From positions 8,392-72,391 of the IMG/VR virus record IMGVR_UViG_3300050196_000100: DNA of 64,000 nucleotides; one strand, written 5' to 3'. Origin of the DNA: a virus. Of the stretch, positions 10,404 through 20,101 are shown one piece after another (within the stretch, counting starts at the first letter, position 1; the number at the start of each line of letters is the position of its first letter). Below the pieces are notes generated by a model. It had not been told where the DNA came from. It saw nothing but the letters and a program-made list of their open reading frames with translations, and searched no databases. A program made the translations under genes and the position numbers.

Positions 10404-11045
10404 ATGGGGAAATTTATTGATTTAACAGGGAAGGTCTTTGGTAGATTAACAGTAATACGAAAGTCAAGCAGTAGTATTTATAGGAAAACAATATGGCAAT
10501 GCAAGTGTGAATGTGGTAAATACGCAGATGTCGTTGGTGAATCCCTAAAACAAGGACATACAAAGTCATGTGGATGTCTAGCTAGAGAAGCTTTAGTTAA
10601 ACGTAATACTATCCATGGCAATGCAACAAGAAGTCATAAGTCAAGAACATATGAAACATGGAGAGGTATGATAGCTCGCTGTGAAGATCCATTGAATAAA
10701 AGGTATAACAATTATCATAGCAAAGGAATCACAGTATGCGAAGAATGGCATAACTTCAATGTATTCTTAGAAAGCATGGGAGAAAGACCAGAGGGATTAA
10801 CATTGGACAGGAAAGATAATAGCAAAGGATATTACAAAGACAACTGTCGATGGGCAACTGTATACGAGCAGGCTAACAATAGGTCAAACAATAATCTACA
10901 GACATACAATGGCATAACGATGACAATGATGCAATGGTCTAAGTATCTTGCGATTGACAGGTCTACTATTGCTAGGCGTATGAAAGATGGATGGAGCTTT
11001 GAGTATACTGCGGAATACTATGAAAATAAGAAGGTGACTGCATGA
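10404..11045 (+). CDS. HNH homing endonuclease
   Basis: DLTGKVFGRLTV, W.CKCECG, SCGC, TLDRKDNSKGY.KDNCRWAT..EQANN; overlaps the dnaE start. Confidence 0.85.
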   Translation: MGKFIDLTGKVFGRLTVIRKSSSSIYRKTIWQCKCECGKYADVVGESLKQGHTKSCGCLAREALVKRNTIHGNATRSHKSRTYETWRGMIARCEDPLNKRYNNYHSKGITVCEEWHNFNVFLESMGERPEGLTLDRKDNSKGYYKDNCRWATVYEQANNRSNNNLQTYNGITMTMMQWSKYLAIDRSTIARRMKDGWSFEYTAEYYENKKVTA

Positions 11046-14000
11046 GTATACCTATGTGTAACGACGATCTAGTTCAAGTTCATCTGCATACATGGTTTTC
11101 TCGCAGAGATAGCATAGCATCACCGAAAGCAGTAGTTACCAGGGTTAAGGAACTAGGGCAATCCGCAGTAGCAGTAACAGACCATGGTTGTACCAGTGGG
11201 TTGCTAGAGACTTACAAAGAGTGTCAGAAGCAAGGTATCAAGATGATCTTTGGAGTCGAGCACTACCTTGTGCCCGATGTTACAGTGAAGGGCAAGGGAT
11301 ATTCACATATCTGCATGTGGGCAATGAATAACACTGGATACAAGAATTTGCTCAAGCTGACAACACTGGCAAACCAAAACTTCTATAGAAAACCATTGTT
11401 GGACATTGATATTATAAGACAACACAGTGAGGGTATTGCAATCTCCAGTGCTTGTCTTGGTGGATGGCTGAGAAAGAAAGTAGAAACTACCAAGACAGTC
11501 TTGGTAGATAATGAATTCGGGGTTACAGAGGATATCATTGAAACAACATATGAACCGAACATTGAATTGCTTGAGAAATTCATAGCCATATTCCCTGACT
11601 CTTTGTATCTTGAGCTCCATACATACTCTGCAGATGAACAAAAGGAATGGAACAAAGTAGTCTTAGGACTTGCTGATAAGTATTCATTGCCAGTCTTAGC
11701 AGCTTGTGATAGTCATTATATTAACAAGGAAGATTCCTATACACACAAAATGTTCATTACGCAAGGTAATGATCGCGAGGATGGATATTATCAACGCTCT
11801 GACTTCTATATACATTCCTCAGACAATGTTAGAGAATCCCTTAGCTACTTGCCTACGGAGGTCGTAGAACAATCCATAGCCAATACCCAAGTCCTCACTG
11901 ATCGATGTAATGTAACCATTGCTTTCGGAGAGAAGCATTATCCAACTGTGGATATTGATGATAAAAAAGAGGCAGTTCTACAGATTATGCGTGATAACTT
12001 CCTTGGTAAAGTCCCTGATAAAACAGAACGCCCTAAGCATGTCCAACGCATCCATGAAGAAATGCCAATTCTTGAGAAGGCTGATTATTTCCCCTACTTC
12101 CTTATTATGCACGACATTGTTACTTACTGTAGAAAACATGATATCCCCCTTGGTTTTTCCAGAGGGTCAGCAGGGGGATGCGATGTGGCTTATCTCATGG
12201 ATATCCATAGTACCAACGCAATCAAGTTTGATCTCATGTTTGCAAGGTTTTTGCATGAGGAGCGAATTACCCCCTGCGATATTGACCTTGACTGCTCACA
12301 GGAACGCAGAGGCGAGGTTATCCAGTATATCAAGGATAAATATGGACATGATCGTGTATTCCAAGCCAGAACATACAGCTATATGGGAGAAGCAGGGGCT
12401 CTTCAGATGGCAGGGAGAGCCTTGAAAATGCCACCGTCTATCATTGACAGTATCTCAAAGTCATTTGTTAGCTTTGATGAAGTTCAAGGATACCCAGAGT
12501 TAGTATCTTTGGCAAAGGGATTTGTAGGAATTCTGCAGTCGTTCTCTGTTCATGCTAGTGGCATTATAGTATTCCCTGATGATCCAAGTAACTATACAGC
12601 TATCGAGAAGTCTGGAGATAACTTTATAACTGGCTATGAATTTCATACACTGGAAGAACTTGGAAATCTCAAATTAGATATACTTGGCGTTAAAATGTGC
12701 GATGTGATACATAACACTGTTAAGCTAATTCCAAAACACATTGATGTCAATAATATTCCTTTGGACGATAAGGTAACCTTTGATATGCTGTGCGAAGGTA
12801 AGTCATCTGGGGTGTTTCAGATTGAGTCCAGTGGATTCACAGGATTAGTAAAGAGAGTCCAACCAAGACACTTTGAAGACCTTGCGCCACTTATGGCTGC
12901 TTATAGACCTGCCATCATATCCGCAGGACTCCTTGATACCTATATAAAACGTGTGACAGGCGAAGAAGAAACAGAGTATCTACATCCAGACCTTGAGCCA
13001 TTATTGAAGGGTACTGCGGGAATGATGTTATACCAAGAAAATCTTATAGAAGTAGCCAAAACCATCTGTGGATATACTGCAGGACAAGCAGACATGCTTA
13101 GGAGAGCGTGTGGTCGCAAGATTCCAGAGGATATGGCAAAGCTACGCCCAGACTTCATAAGTCGTGCGGTGGCTCATGGATATACCGAAGAATTCTCCAC
13201 GCAACTCTTTGATCTCTGTGAGTTCTTTGCAGGTTATGGATTTGGTAAAGGTCATTCCTATGGATATGGATGGATGTCTTATGTAACAGCGTACCTCAAG
13301 GCTAACTACCCGAAGGAATACATGGTGTCATTGATTAATTCAGAGAAGAAACAAGAGGATATCATACCATACATCAATGAGTGCAAGAACCTTGGTATTC
13401 CTGTGTTACCCCCAGATGCTCGTTGCAACAATATGCCATGGGTAATCGAGGGAGATAATCTAAGAATAGGCATCGGTCACATCAAGGGTCTTGGCAAGAA
13501 TACATCGTTAGACTCAGTAGATTCCTTATCTTCCATAATCCGCAGTAATCCTAAAAATGTAGTCATTGGACTTATTAAAGCTGGGGCACTGGACTACCTT
13601 GGTGAGCGTAGTGAGATGCTTGGTTCCGTAGAGTCACTACAGGATACAATGAAACGCATAGATGGATGTGAGGCAAAAGTCGAAGAAAACAAAAAAGCCT
13701 TAGCACTCGCAACGGATGCTAAGGATATCAAGAAATACAAGAGACAGATGGAGCAATGGCAAGCGAAGTTGTCCGAAGCAAAAGCCAAGGAAGTCCAAGG
13801 TGTCACTGGGGAGTTTGACATAGTTGCCAGTGAGTGCGAAGTGTTAGGTTTTAGCTTCCATGAAATACCATTGGTTAAACCAGGAAGCATAACTAAGATA
13901 TTCAAGAAGAATGATAAGAACGGCAATGAGATGGCATGGTTATCACTGTTGTCAAATTATGGTTCTTACCGAGCTACAGTGTTCAGCAAAGGATGGTCAC

Positions 14001-14128
14001 TGATAAAGGACATTGTATCCGTAGGTCAATCTGTGAAATTCGTGGTCGACAAAGACATACTCCAAGAAATCAGCGTCAATGGCACTGTATACCAGACGAA
14101 CCAGAAGAAGCAATGGAAGCCCAAGTAA
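11042..14128 (+). CDS. dnaE: DNA polymerase III alpha subunit (family C)
   Basis: PHP domain (VHLHT..S, AVTDHG), RGSAGG, PCDIDLD, KLDILG, FAGYGFGKGHS. Confidence 0.95.
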   Translation: MSIPMCNDDLVQVHLHTWFSRRDSIASPKAVVTRVKELGQSAVAVTDHGCTSGLLETYKECQKQGIKMIFGVEHYLVPDVTVKGKGYSHICMWAMNNTGYKNLLKLTTLANQNFYRKPLLDIDIIRQHSEGIAISSACLGGWLRKKVETTKTVLVDNEFGVTEDIIETTYEPNIELLEKFIAIFPDSLYLELHTYSADEQKEWNKVVLGLADKYSLPVLAACDSHYINKEDSYTHKMFITQGNDREDGYYQRSDFYIHSSDNVRESLSYLPTEVVEQSIANTQVLTDRCNVTIAFGEKHYPTVDIDDKKEAVLQIMRDNFLGKVPDKTERPKHVQRIHEEMPILEKADYFPYFLIMHDIVTYCRKHDIPLGFSRGSAGGCDVAYLMDIHSTNAIKFDLMFARFLHEERITPCDIDLDCSQERRGEVIQYIKDKYGHDRVFQARTYSYMGEAGALQMAGRALKMPPSIIDSISKSFVSFDEVQGYPELVSLAKGFVGILQSFSVHASGIIVFPDDPSNYTAIEKSGDNFITGYEFHTLEELGNLKLDILGVKMCDVIHNTVKLIPKHIDVNNIPLDDKVTFDMLCEGKSSGVFQIESSGFTGLVKRVQPRHFEDLAPLMAAYRPAIISAGLLDTYIKRVTGEEETEYLHPDLEPLLKGTAGMMLYQENLIEVAKTICGYTAGQADMLRRACGRKIPEDMAKLRPDFISRAVAHGYTEEFSTQLFDLCEFFAGYGFGKGHSYGYGWMSYVTAYLKANYPKEYMVSLINSEKKQEDIIPYINECKNLGIPVLPPDARCNNMPWVIEGDNLRIGIGHIKGLGKNTSLDSVDSLSSIIRSNPKNVVIGLIKAGALDYLGERSEMLGSVESLQDTMKRIDGCEAKVEENKKALALATDAKDIKKYKRQMEQWQAKLSEAKAKEVQGVTGEFDIVASECEVLGFSFHEIPLVKPGSITKIFKKNDKNGNEMAWLSLLSNYGSYRATVFSKGWSLIKDIVSVGQSVKFVVDKDILQEISVNGTVYQTNQKKQWKPK

Positions 14129-14264
14129 ACCCACGTCCCACAATGCCATACACGACGTTTAATCCATGTGCCTCTTATGATTGCCTACGTTAATACCTAA
14201 ATCTTCACCACGGGCATCCTAGAGCGTTACACGGCAATTCTAGGCAAAACAAAAGAGCCTATGG

Positions 14265-14603
14265 TTAGGCTCTGGAGTTTTCTCTGTCAGCTTTGAATTT
14301 AGCCAGTGTAACCATGACATACTCTGTACACTCTGCGTTCCGAAGTACATCTTGAAGATCACTTGGGAATCTTGCGATGATATCACTGTCAGTCACTAAG
14401 TATTTATCCATGTTCATCTTTAGGACTCTACCAAGTTTTTCAATGATATACTTTTCTGGTAGCTTATCATATCTCTCACCGAGCTCTATGAAGCTAAGGA
14501 GTGATCTGCTGATTCCTGTGTCATTGGCTACACTTTGTTGGCTTAGTTCCAACACAGCTCTCTTCTTTGCAATCTCTGTTCCAAACTGTTTAACAATAGT
14601 CAT
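14265..14603 (-). CDS. XRE-family HTH transcriptional regulator
   Basis: LSQQSVANDTGISRSLLSFIELG HTH; promoter TTGACA-17-TATATT at 14667-14639. Confidence 0.8.
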   Translation of the reverse strand: MTIVKQFGTEIAKKRAVLELSQQSVANDTGISRSLLSFIELGERYDKLPEKYIIEKLGRVLKMNMDKYLVTDSDIIARFPSDLQDVLRNAECTEYVMVTLAKFKADRENSRA

Positions 14604-14709
14604 CTTAGTGACCTCCTGTGCATTTATTCTGTGCCCTTAATATATCATAGCTACAATGTTGTGTCAATGGTAATCTTAAAATATTTATTAGAAAGGCAAG
14701 GTGTTGACA

Positions 14710-14898
14710 ATGGCATCACAGTTACTTACAATAAAACAAGCAATGGAATACCTAGACATATCTGAGAAGACAATATATAAGCTGGTGAAGGTCAAGGAAT
14801 TCCCTGCGGTGAAGATCATGGGTGAATGGCGCATAATCGTTGACAAGCTCGATAAGTACTATGAGGTGCTTATGAAAAACAAGGCTGACAATGTGTAA
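14710..14898 (+). CDS. xis: Excisionase/recombination directionality factor (HTH_17 type)
   Basis: LLTIKQAMEYLDISEKTIYKLVK..EFPAVKI.GEWRI; adjacent to attP and integrase. Confidence 0.75.
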   Translation: MASQLLTIKQAMEYLDISEKTIYKLVKVKEFPAVKIMGEWRIIVDKLDKYYEVLMKNKADNV

Positions 14899-15132
14899 GC
14901 ACTTATAAGCACCTAGAATGCCAATGGATGGCAGAGGAACCTTGATATACAAGGCATCTCCTTGTCATCCACAATAACCCCCTTAGTTATTACATTATAT
15001 TTCACAGAATGCCCACGAGTACAGTGATTACGCTGATTCGTGGGCATTCCTTTGTTTATTACATAGGCATCTTTCGATACAATAAAGCATCAAATAAGCA
15101 CCTTCGGGACACTATAAGCACTCGTTAAGCAC
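14896..15132. other. attP region with integrase arm-type repeats
   Basis: TAAGCAC at 14896, 14906, 15095, 15115, 15126 (plus AAAGCAT at 15084), in pairs 10-11 bp apart on both sides of a central region next to the int 3' end. Confidence 0.7.
15007..15049. terminator. Hairpin between the convergent xis and int genes
   Basis: GAATGCCCACGA / TCGTGGGCATTC 12-bp stem followed by a T-rich tract. Confidence 0.65.
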
Positions 15133-16242
15133 CAAGAGTTTGCCTATTTTATCCGCCGCTTCTCTGTCTTGATCGGGGATACTGTGGACGTACAATGCCA
15201 GCGTAATGTTCACCGAAGAATGCCCCAGTCTCTCACTGACCATCTTAATGTTGCAGCCCTCGGCAATCAGATGAGTAGCGTGGGTATGTCTTAGGTCATG
15301 AAAGCGGATCATATGAATTCCACAGTCATCCACGATTTCTTTGAACCTCGCTGAGACGGTGCATGGGTACAATGGCAAACCCTTGTTGCATTGGAATACC
15401 CAGTCACCTCTTTGTATCTCCCTCAGTTCATCAACGGTAGCCTTATCGACACTGATTTTGCGAAGGGACGAAGTTGACTTTGGCAGCCCTAGTTTCCTCT
15501 TAGCCGACAGGGAATGTGTCACTGTAACGCTGTCGTCACCTATATTCTTCCATCGAAGTGCAAGGAGTTCCCCTATCCTAAGCCCTGTAGCCAATGCAAG
15601 ACGTATGATGAGGTACATTGGTTGCATTGATGGCTTTGAGTCCCCTACGAGCCTCATAGAGTATTCTAAGACGACTTTGATATCTTCCTTGGTGAGAACA
15701 TTCATACTCCTGGTATTATTGCGGAGGGATGAGCTACGGGACACTGGGTTAACAGAGACAACACCCTCATCCATGGCGAGATCGAAGATACCACTAAGGA
15801 CTTGCCTATGCTTCTTCAATGTAGCCGATGATAGCTGGGATGCTTTGGATGTCAGGTAGTTGTTAATGATTGCCGTGGTGACCTTTTGCATCTTATGCTC
15901 TCCAAGTTCAGGCATGAGTTGCTTGGTACATATATGGGAGTACAAAGTATGCGAGGAATCCCTAATGTTGCTTTGTTTAGCCTTTAGCCAGCGAGATATG
16001 TACTCTGACATTCTACAGTTATTCCCAGCCACCAATGTACCCTTGGACTTCTGTGCCTTAAACTCGTTAAGCATCGACACTACTGCCTTCTGCGTATCTG
16101 CGGTGAAACTTTTGCGTCGCTGAGTACCACTGCCATCATCGCCAATTGTTATGACAGCTTTGTATTTACCATTGGCAAGACGTTGAATACTTCCGTCACC
16201 TTTGGGTCTGCGTTTCTTTGGTTTAGCCTTGGCTTCCTCCAT
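15112..16242 (-). CDS. int: Tyrosine integrase
   Basis: N-terminal arm-binding domain (RRPKGDGSIQ), TGLRIGELLALRW, RFHDLRHTHAT, RLGHS, catalytic Y (TLALYVH). Confidence 0.95.
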   Translation of the reverse strand: MEEAKAKPKKRRPKGDGSIQRLANGKYKAVITIGDDGSGTQRRKSFTADTQKAVVSMLNEFKAQKSKGTLVAGNNCRMSEYISRWLKAKQSNIRDSSHTLYSHICTKQLMPELGEHKMQKVTTAIINNYLTSKASQLSSATLKKHRQVLSGIFDLAMDEGVVSVNPVSRSSSLRNNTRSMNVLTKEDIKVVLEYSMRLVGDSKPSMQPMYLIIRLALATGLRIGELLALRWKNIGDDSVTVTHSLSAKRKLGLPKSTSSLRKISVDKATVDELREIQRGDWVFQCNKGLPLYPCTVSARFKEIVDDCGIHMIRFHDLRHTHATHLIAEGCNIKMVSERLGHSSVNITLALYVHSIPDQDREAADKIGKLLVLNECL

Positions 16243-16496
16243 ATTATCCCTCCTAAATTATTCACAGTTAACCCTAAATTCGACATATTCCGCAGGCAAT
16301 ATAGTGTACAATAGTACAGTAGTCCTGGAGTGACAGGACTATAGTCCTACAATACAAGGAGATGCTGTAATGAACACTGTAAAAAACTGCGGAAATGTTA
16401 AGTACATACTCTACCCTTGGACTAGCGTAGAATGGGCGAGGGTGCAAGGTATGTACGTTGTCAACCCTCGCTTCGAAGCTGACTTCATTAGAAGGC

Positions 16497-16841
16497 TTAG
16501 GTCTTATCCTTTAGTTTCCTGACAATCTCTAAGACCTCATTGAGTTCTTCGTCAAGCATTGTGCCTCCACGCATTAACTTGGCGTAGACTTCAATGGGGT
16601 CATTATTATTCCCCAAGACTATCTCCTGGAATTCATCGTTACTATAGAAGAAGTATCCTGCTGGTAACTTTGCTAGATCGATGATATGCTGCATCTTATG
16701 GCTACTGAGCCACTTTGAATTATCCTTGCAATTCTCTATATTAGCAATGTAAGACTGCGTTGCATCCAATACAGTAGCAAAGGTCATTCTGTCCATCCCT
16801 AGCTTTTCCCTAGCTAACTTTACTCTTTCACCGTGTATCAT
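16497..16841 (-). CDS. CI-like XRE repressor
   Basis: RVKLAREKLGMDR..FA..L..TQSYIANIEN HTH; divergent from the early rightward promoters. Confidence 0.7.
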   Translation of the reverse strand: MIHGERVKLAREKLGMDRMTFATVLDATQSYIANIENCKDNSKWLSSHKMQHIIDLAKLPAGYFFYSNDEFQEIVLGNNNDPIEVYAKLMRGGTMLDEELNEVLEIVRKLKDKT

Positions 16842-16858
16842 ATAATCACCTCATTTAC

Positions 16859-16954
16859 ATTATATAGAATACAGTGATACTTTGCAACTCTTGGATGCAA
16901 CTTTAAAAATTACATTTTAAAAGTGTTGACAATGTTTTCCCGATGGTGTACTAT
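16859..16954. promoter_or_regulatory. Divergent promoter pair (genetic switch)
   Basis: Leftward TTGCAA-17-TATAAT (16887-16859); rightward TTGACA-17-TACTAT (16926-16954). Confidence 0.75.
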
Positions 16955-16994
16955 AAGCACATGGAACAACAATAAACAACAAAGGCGGTCAACA

Positions 16995-17360
16995 ATGAAT
17001 AACAAAATAAACCAACGTCTATCACAGATGGCAGAGAAGTACCCAGGATTACAAGGTGACCTAGTGAGACTCAGGGAAGACCTCGATGACCACAGCGAGG
17101 ACAGGCGCAGGCAATCCTTTGTGGACGATGATAGCATAATGATAGCAACGGAAAAAGCAGTGGAAATTCAGAGGCAAGTCGTAGACAAGCACAATGAATC
17201 AACCTTGGAATTCGTCAGGCAAACATTGGAAGGAACAGAGAGGACGATTGAGGAAACCATGGAGGAACTAAGGCGACTGTTCAGTATTGGCGATGATAAC
17301 CACCAAGCACTAACCAGTGAAACAGTCTACATATACACTAAGTTAAAATCTTTGAAATAA
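16995..17360 (+). CDS. Hypothetical early protein
   Basis: First ORF after the rightward switch promoter. Confidence 0.5.
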   Translation: MNNKINQRLSQMAEKYPGLQGDLVRLREDLDDHSEDRRRQSFVDDDSIMIATEKAVEIQRQVVDKHNESTLEFVRQTLEGTERTIEETMEELRRLFSIGDDNHQALTSETVYIYTKLKSLK

Positions 17361-17364
17361 ACCG

Positions 17365-17393
17365 TTGACACAATGTTTAACCTGTGATATACT
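17365..17393 (+). promoter_or_regulatory. sigmaA promoter
   Basis: TTGACA-17-TATACT with TG extension. Confidence 0.8.
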
Positions 17394-17527
17394 AAGGACA
17401 AGAGGTGAGGAACACAGTGAATAGAACAAGAGACAGGACATAGGACAGCCAGTGAGTTGTCCTTAGATTTTGACTTAGTTGGACACAAAGTGTGTCAAGG
17501 ATACATAGAATATTAGGAGGAATTACA

Positions 17528-17923
17528 ATGGAAGAACTAATAGGTCATAAGATTATCAAGATGTTCATTGATAAAGATTCGCAGGAATACTTAGTGTTCC
17601 AATGTAAACAGAGAAACTTTGTGTACTATGTAGATGGTGAGTGCTGCAGTGAATCATGGTTTGCCGATGTAGTTTCTATAGATGCATTGTTAGGTCACAC
17701 TGTAAACTCGGTAGACGAAGTTGATATGGGCGAAATCAATGATGATCGTGGTCGCCAAGAATGCGATGAAGCCTATGGGTATAAGCTTAAAACCACAGGT
17801 GGCTATGCAGACATTGTATTCAGAAATTCCAGCAATGGATACTATGGTGGATCACTGCGGTTAATAGGTGACATTGGTGAGCATATTAAGCTCATGGAAT
17901 TAACTGAGGATTACTCGGCATAA
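17528..17923 (+). CDS. Conserved-type phage hypothetical protein
   Basis: RBS AGGAGG; CCSESWF and FRNSSNGYYGG motifs. Confidence 0.55.
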   Translation: MEELIGHKIIKMFIDKDSQEYLVFQCKQRNFVYYVDGECCSESWFADVVSIDALLGHTVNSVDEVDMGEINDDRGRQECDEAYGYKLKTTGGYADIVFRNSSNGYYGGSLRLIGDIGEHIKLMELTEDYSA

Positions 17924-17969
17924 CTATGCTCAACATAGACACAACCTGTGTCAACAAAGGAGGAACACA

Positions 17970-18410
17970 ATGCTTTTCACACCGTACCACAAAGAACTCA
18001 TAGATAAACTACAGGAACTATGTCCCACAACATTCCCTCGTAAACCCTTCCCAAAAGTCCCTTTGGCATACAATAGTGTCAAGGCAGTTCAGCGAGTCCT
18101 CGATGTAAACTACACTACCGCAGACTTCCTACTACAGCATTGGTGTCACGGCAGTCGCTATGATTACGCATGTAGTACGCCAGGTGCACCAAGGTACTTC
18201 GTAGATGGCACTGTGCATGGTAAAGTTAGTTCTTCAGAATCTCAGTGGCATAAAGGTAAACTCGAAGAATACTACCGTAGCCGTGCCGTAGGACAAGCCA
18301 AGTATCACCAAGGTAGTCTTGTGGATTACTATGAGTCAAAGTTTCACAGTCAACCCACGGGAGTTATTAGATGGCTGAGGAATAAACTAGGAGGTGTACA
18401 ATGGAATTAA
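17970..18410 (+). CDS. ProQ/FinO-like RNA-binding domain protein
   Basis: L..L.P.TFP...KVPLA...W....RY......GAPRY.VDG...GKVS..E pattern follows the ProQ/FinO fold signature. Confidence 0.65.
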   Translation: MLFTPYHKELIDKLQELCPTTFPRKPFPKVPLAYNSVKAVQRVLDVNYTTADFLLQHWCHGSRYDYACSTPGAPRYFVDGTVHGKVSSSESQWHKGKLEEYYRSRAVGQAKYHQGSLVDYYESKFHSQPTGVIRWLRNKLGGVQWN

Positions 18411-19025
18411 AGGAGTCATTCAAGTTCAAACTCAGTCCATCCTTACAGAAACTATGTGACCCATGGTTTTACCTAGCCACTAAGGTGTCTAATGGTTATA
18501 TGGTCACATGGGCTAACCAAGGAGAATTACATAGCGAGCACTTTGGGTACTTTGAAGCTAAGTACGCATTGGAGAGCAAAGATTGGGAGGTTATACAATG
18601 AGAAACCCTGACCGCATCAATGAAGTCCTAGGACTCATAGGAGACATATGGAATTGTGGGCAACATAGTGACCTAAGATTCTTCCAGCTAGTCGGTGTAT
18701 TCCAAAGTTATGTCAATGGCACTAACAGGCAACCACACGATGCCGATGTATTCTATGTGGACGATGATGTTCTGCTGAAGGCACTTAGAAAGTACAAGGA
18801 GGGACTGTAATGAAATTATCTGTAGATGACAAAGTAACCATAGTGAACATTGATAGACAGAAATACCTCAGACATATGCTCGGACATACCATTGGCAAAC
18901 GGGGAATAGTCATAGTATCCGACGATCACCCTAAGCAGCCATATCAAGTCCACTTTGATGACGATGATGAATTCTGGTACTTCCCAGAAAACTTAGAATT
19001 AATCAAGGAGGAAACATATGAATAA
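18401..19025 (+). CDS. Three small hypothetical ORFs (18401-18601, 18598-18810, 18810-19025)
   Basis: Overlapping stop/start junctions with GGAG(G) RBSs. Confidence 0.55.
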
Positions 19026-19731
19026 CTTACTCACCATCAATGGTGTCAGAGGATACCTAGACTCCGAAGGTGTTGCTATGTTAAACCTAGAGGATACTGC
19101 GAGAGGTCTAGGGTTTACGCAGATTGCCAAAAGTGGCAACGAGTCAGTTCGATGGGAAAGAATCATAGGATACCTTGAATCCTTTGGCATCCCCACAAGT
19201 GGGGACGATGAATTACCTGAGTTTATTCCTGAGAATGTCTTCTATAGACTCGCCATGAAAGCTAAGAATCAAACTGCAGAAACCTTTCAAGTCAAGGTAT
19301 GCGATGAGATTCTTCCGTCCATCCGTAAGCATGGTGCATATATGACCGCAGACACTATCGAGAAGACTTTGACTGACCCAGACTTCATCATTGGTCTAGC
19401 TACGAGACTCAAGGACGAACAACGACTTCGTAGGGATGCTGAGAATACTGTGTCACTCCTGACTCACACTGGTAAGACTTGGACTTCTACAGAGCTAGCT
19501 AAGGAACTTGGATTCAAGAGTGCCATCGTGTTAAACAAGTGGCTCAATGATCATGGCATAATATTCAAGCAGAATGGAACATGGTTGCCCTATAGTAAAT
19601 ACAGTGACCTTGGATATGTCAGTATTAAACAAAGCATCCTAGATAATGGAATTGTCACCTACAATTCCAGATGGACTATGCTTGGCAGAGAATTTCTATT
19701 GAAGCTAAAGGATAAACTAGAGGTGGCATAG
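19018..19731 (+). CDS. BRO-N/KilA-C antirepressor
   Basis: LNLEDTARGLG, FIPENVFYRLAMKA..F...VCDEILPSIRKHGAYM, then PDFIIGLA and a KilA-C-like tail. Confidence 0.85.
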   Translation: MNNLLTINGVRGYLDSEGVAMLNLEDTARGLGFTQIAKSGNESVRWERIIGYLESFGIPTSGDDELPEFIPENVFYRLAMKAKNQTAETFQVKVCDEILPSIRKHGAYMTADTIEKTLTDPDFIIGLATRLKDEQRLRRDAENTVSLLTHTGKTWTSTELAKELGFKSAIVLNKWLNDHGIIFKQNGTWLPYSKYSDLGYVSIKQSILDNGIVTYNSRWTMLGREFLLKLKDKLEVA

Positions 19732-19775
19732 CTATGTCTAAGTTGGACACAGATTGTGTCAAGGAGGTGAAAACA

Positions 19776-20000
19776 ATGAGAGCGAAGTTCAGCAATGATT
19801 ACGTGGTTGCCCTTGCAACCTATAAACCAGTGAATAAACTTGTGGTAGCCGTGAAGTTACCCACAGGAGTCACAGAGATCATTATAAATACTGAAGCCAT
19901 AGAATCCAAAGTTAACTACTACCTAAATGCCTATGACGATCATATGTGTCTAAAGACTAATCCTAATGTCAAAGTATTATCATGGATGTTCGTGGGATAA
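19776..20000 (+). CDS. Hypothetical protein
   Basis: RBS AAGGAGGTGA immediately after motif copy 19746. Confidence 0.55.
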   Translation: MRAKFSNDYVVALATYKPVNKLVVAVKLPTGVTEIIINTEAIESKVNYYLNAYDDHMCLKTNPNVKVLSWMFVG

Positions 20001-20101
20001 CTATGTCCAACTTTGACACAGGATGTGTCAAAGGAGTAACAGCGACTACCAGGCATACTAGGGAGTCCTAGTGTGACCACGTAAACGAAGGAGACTAACA
20101 T

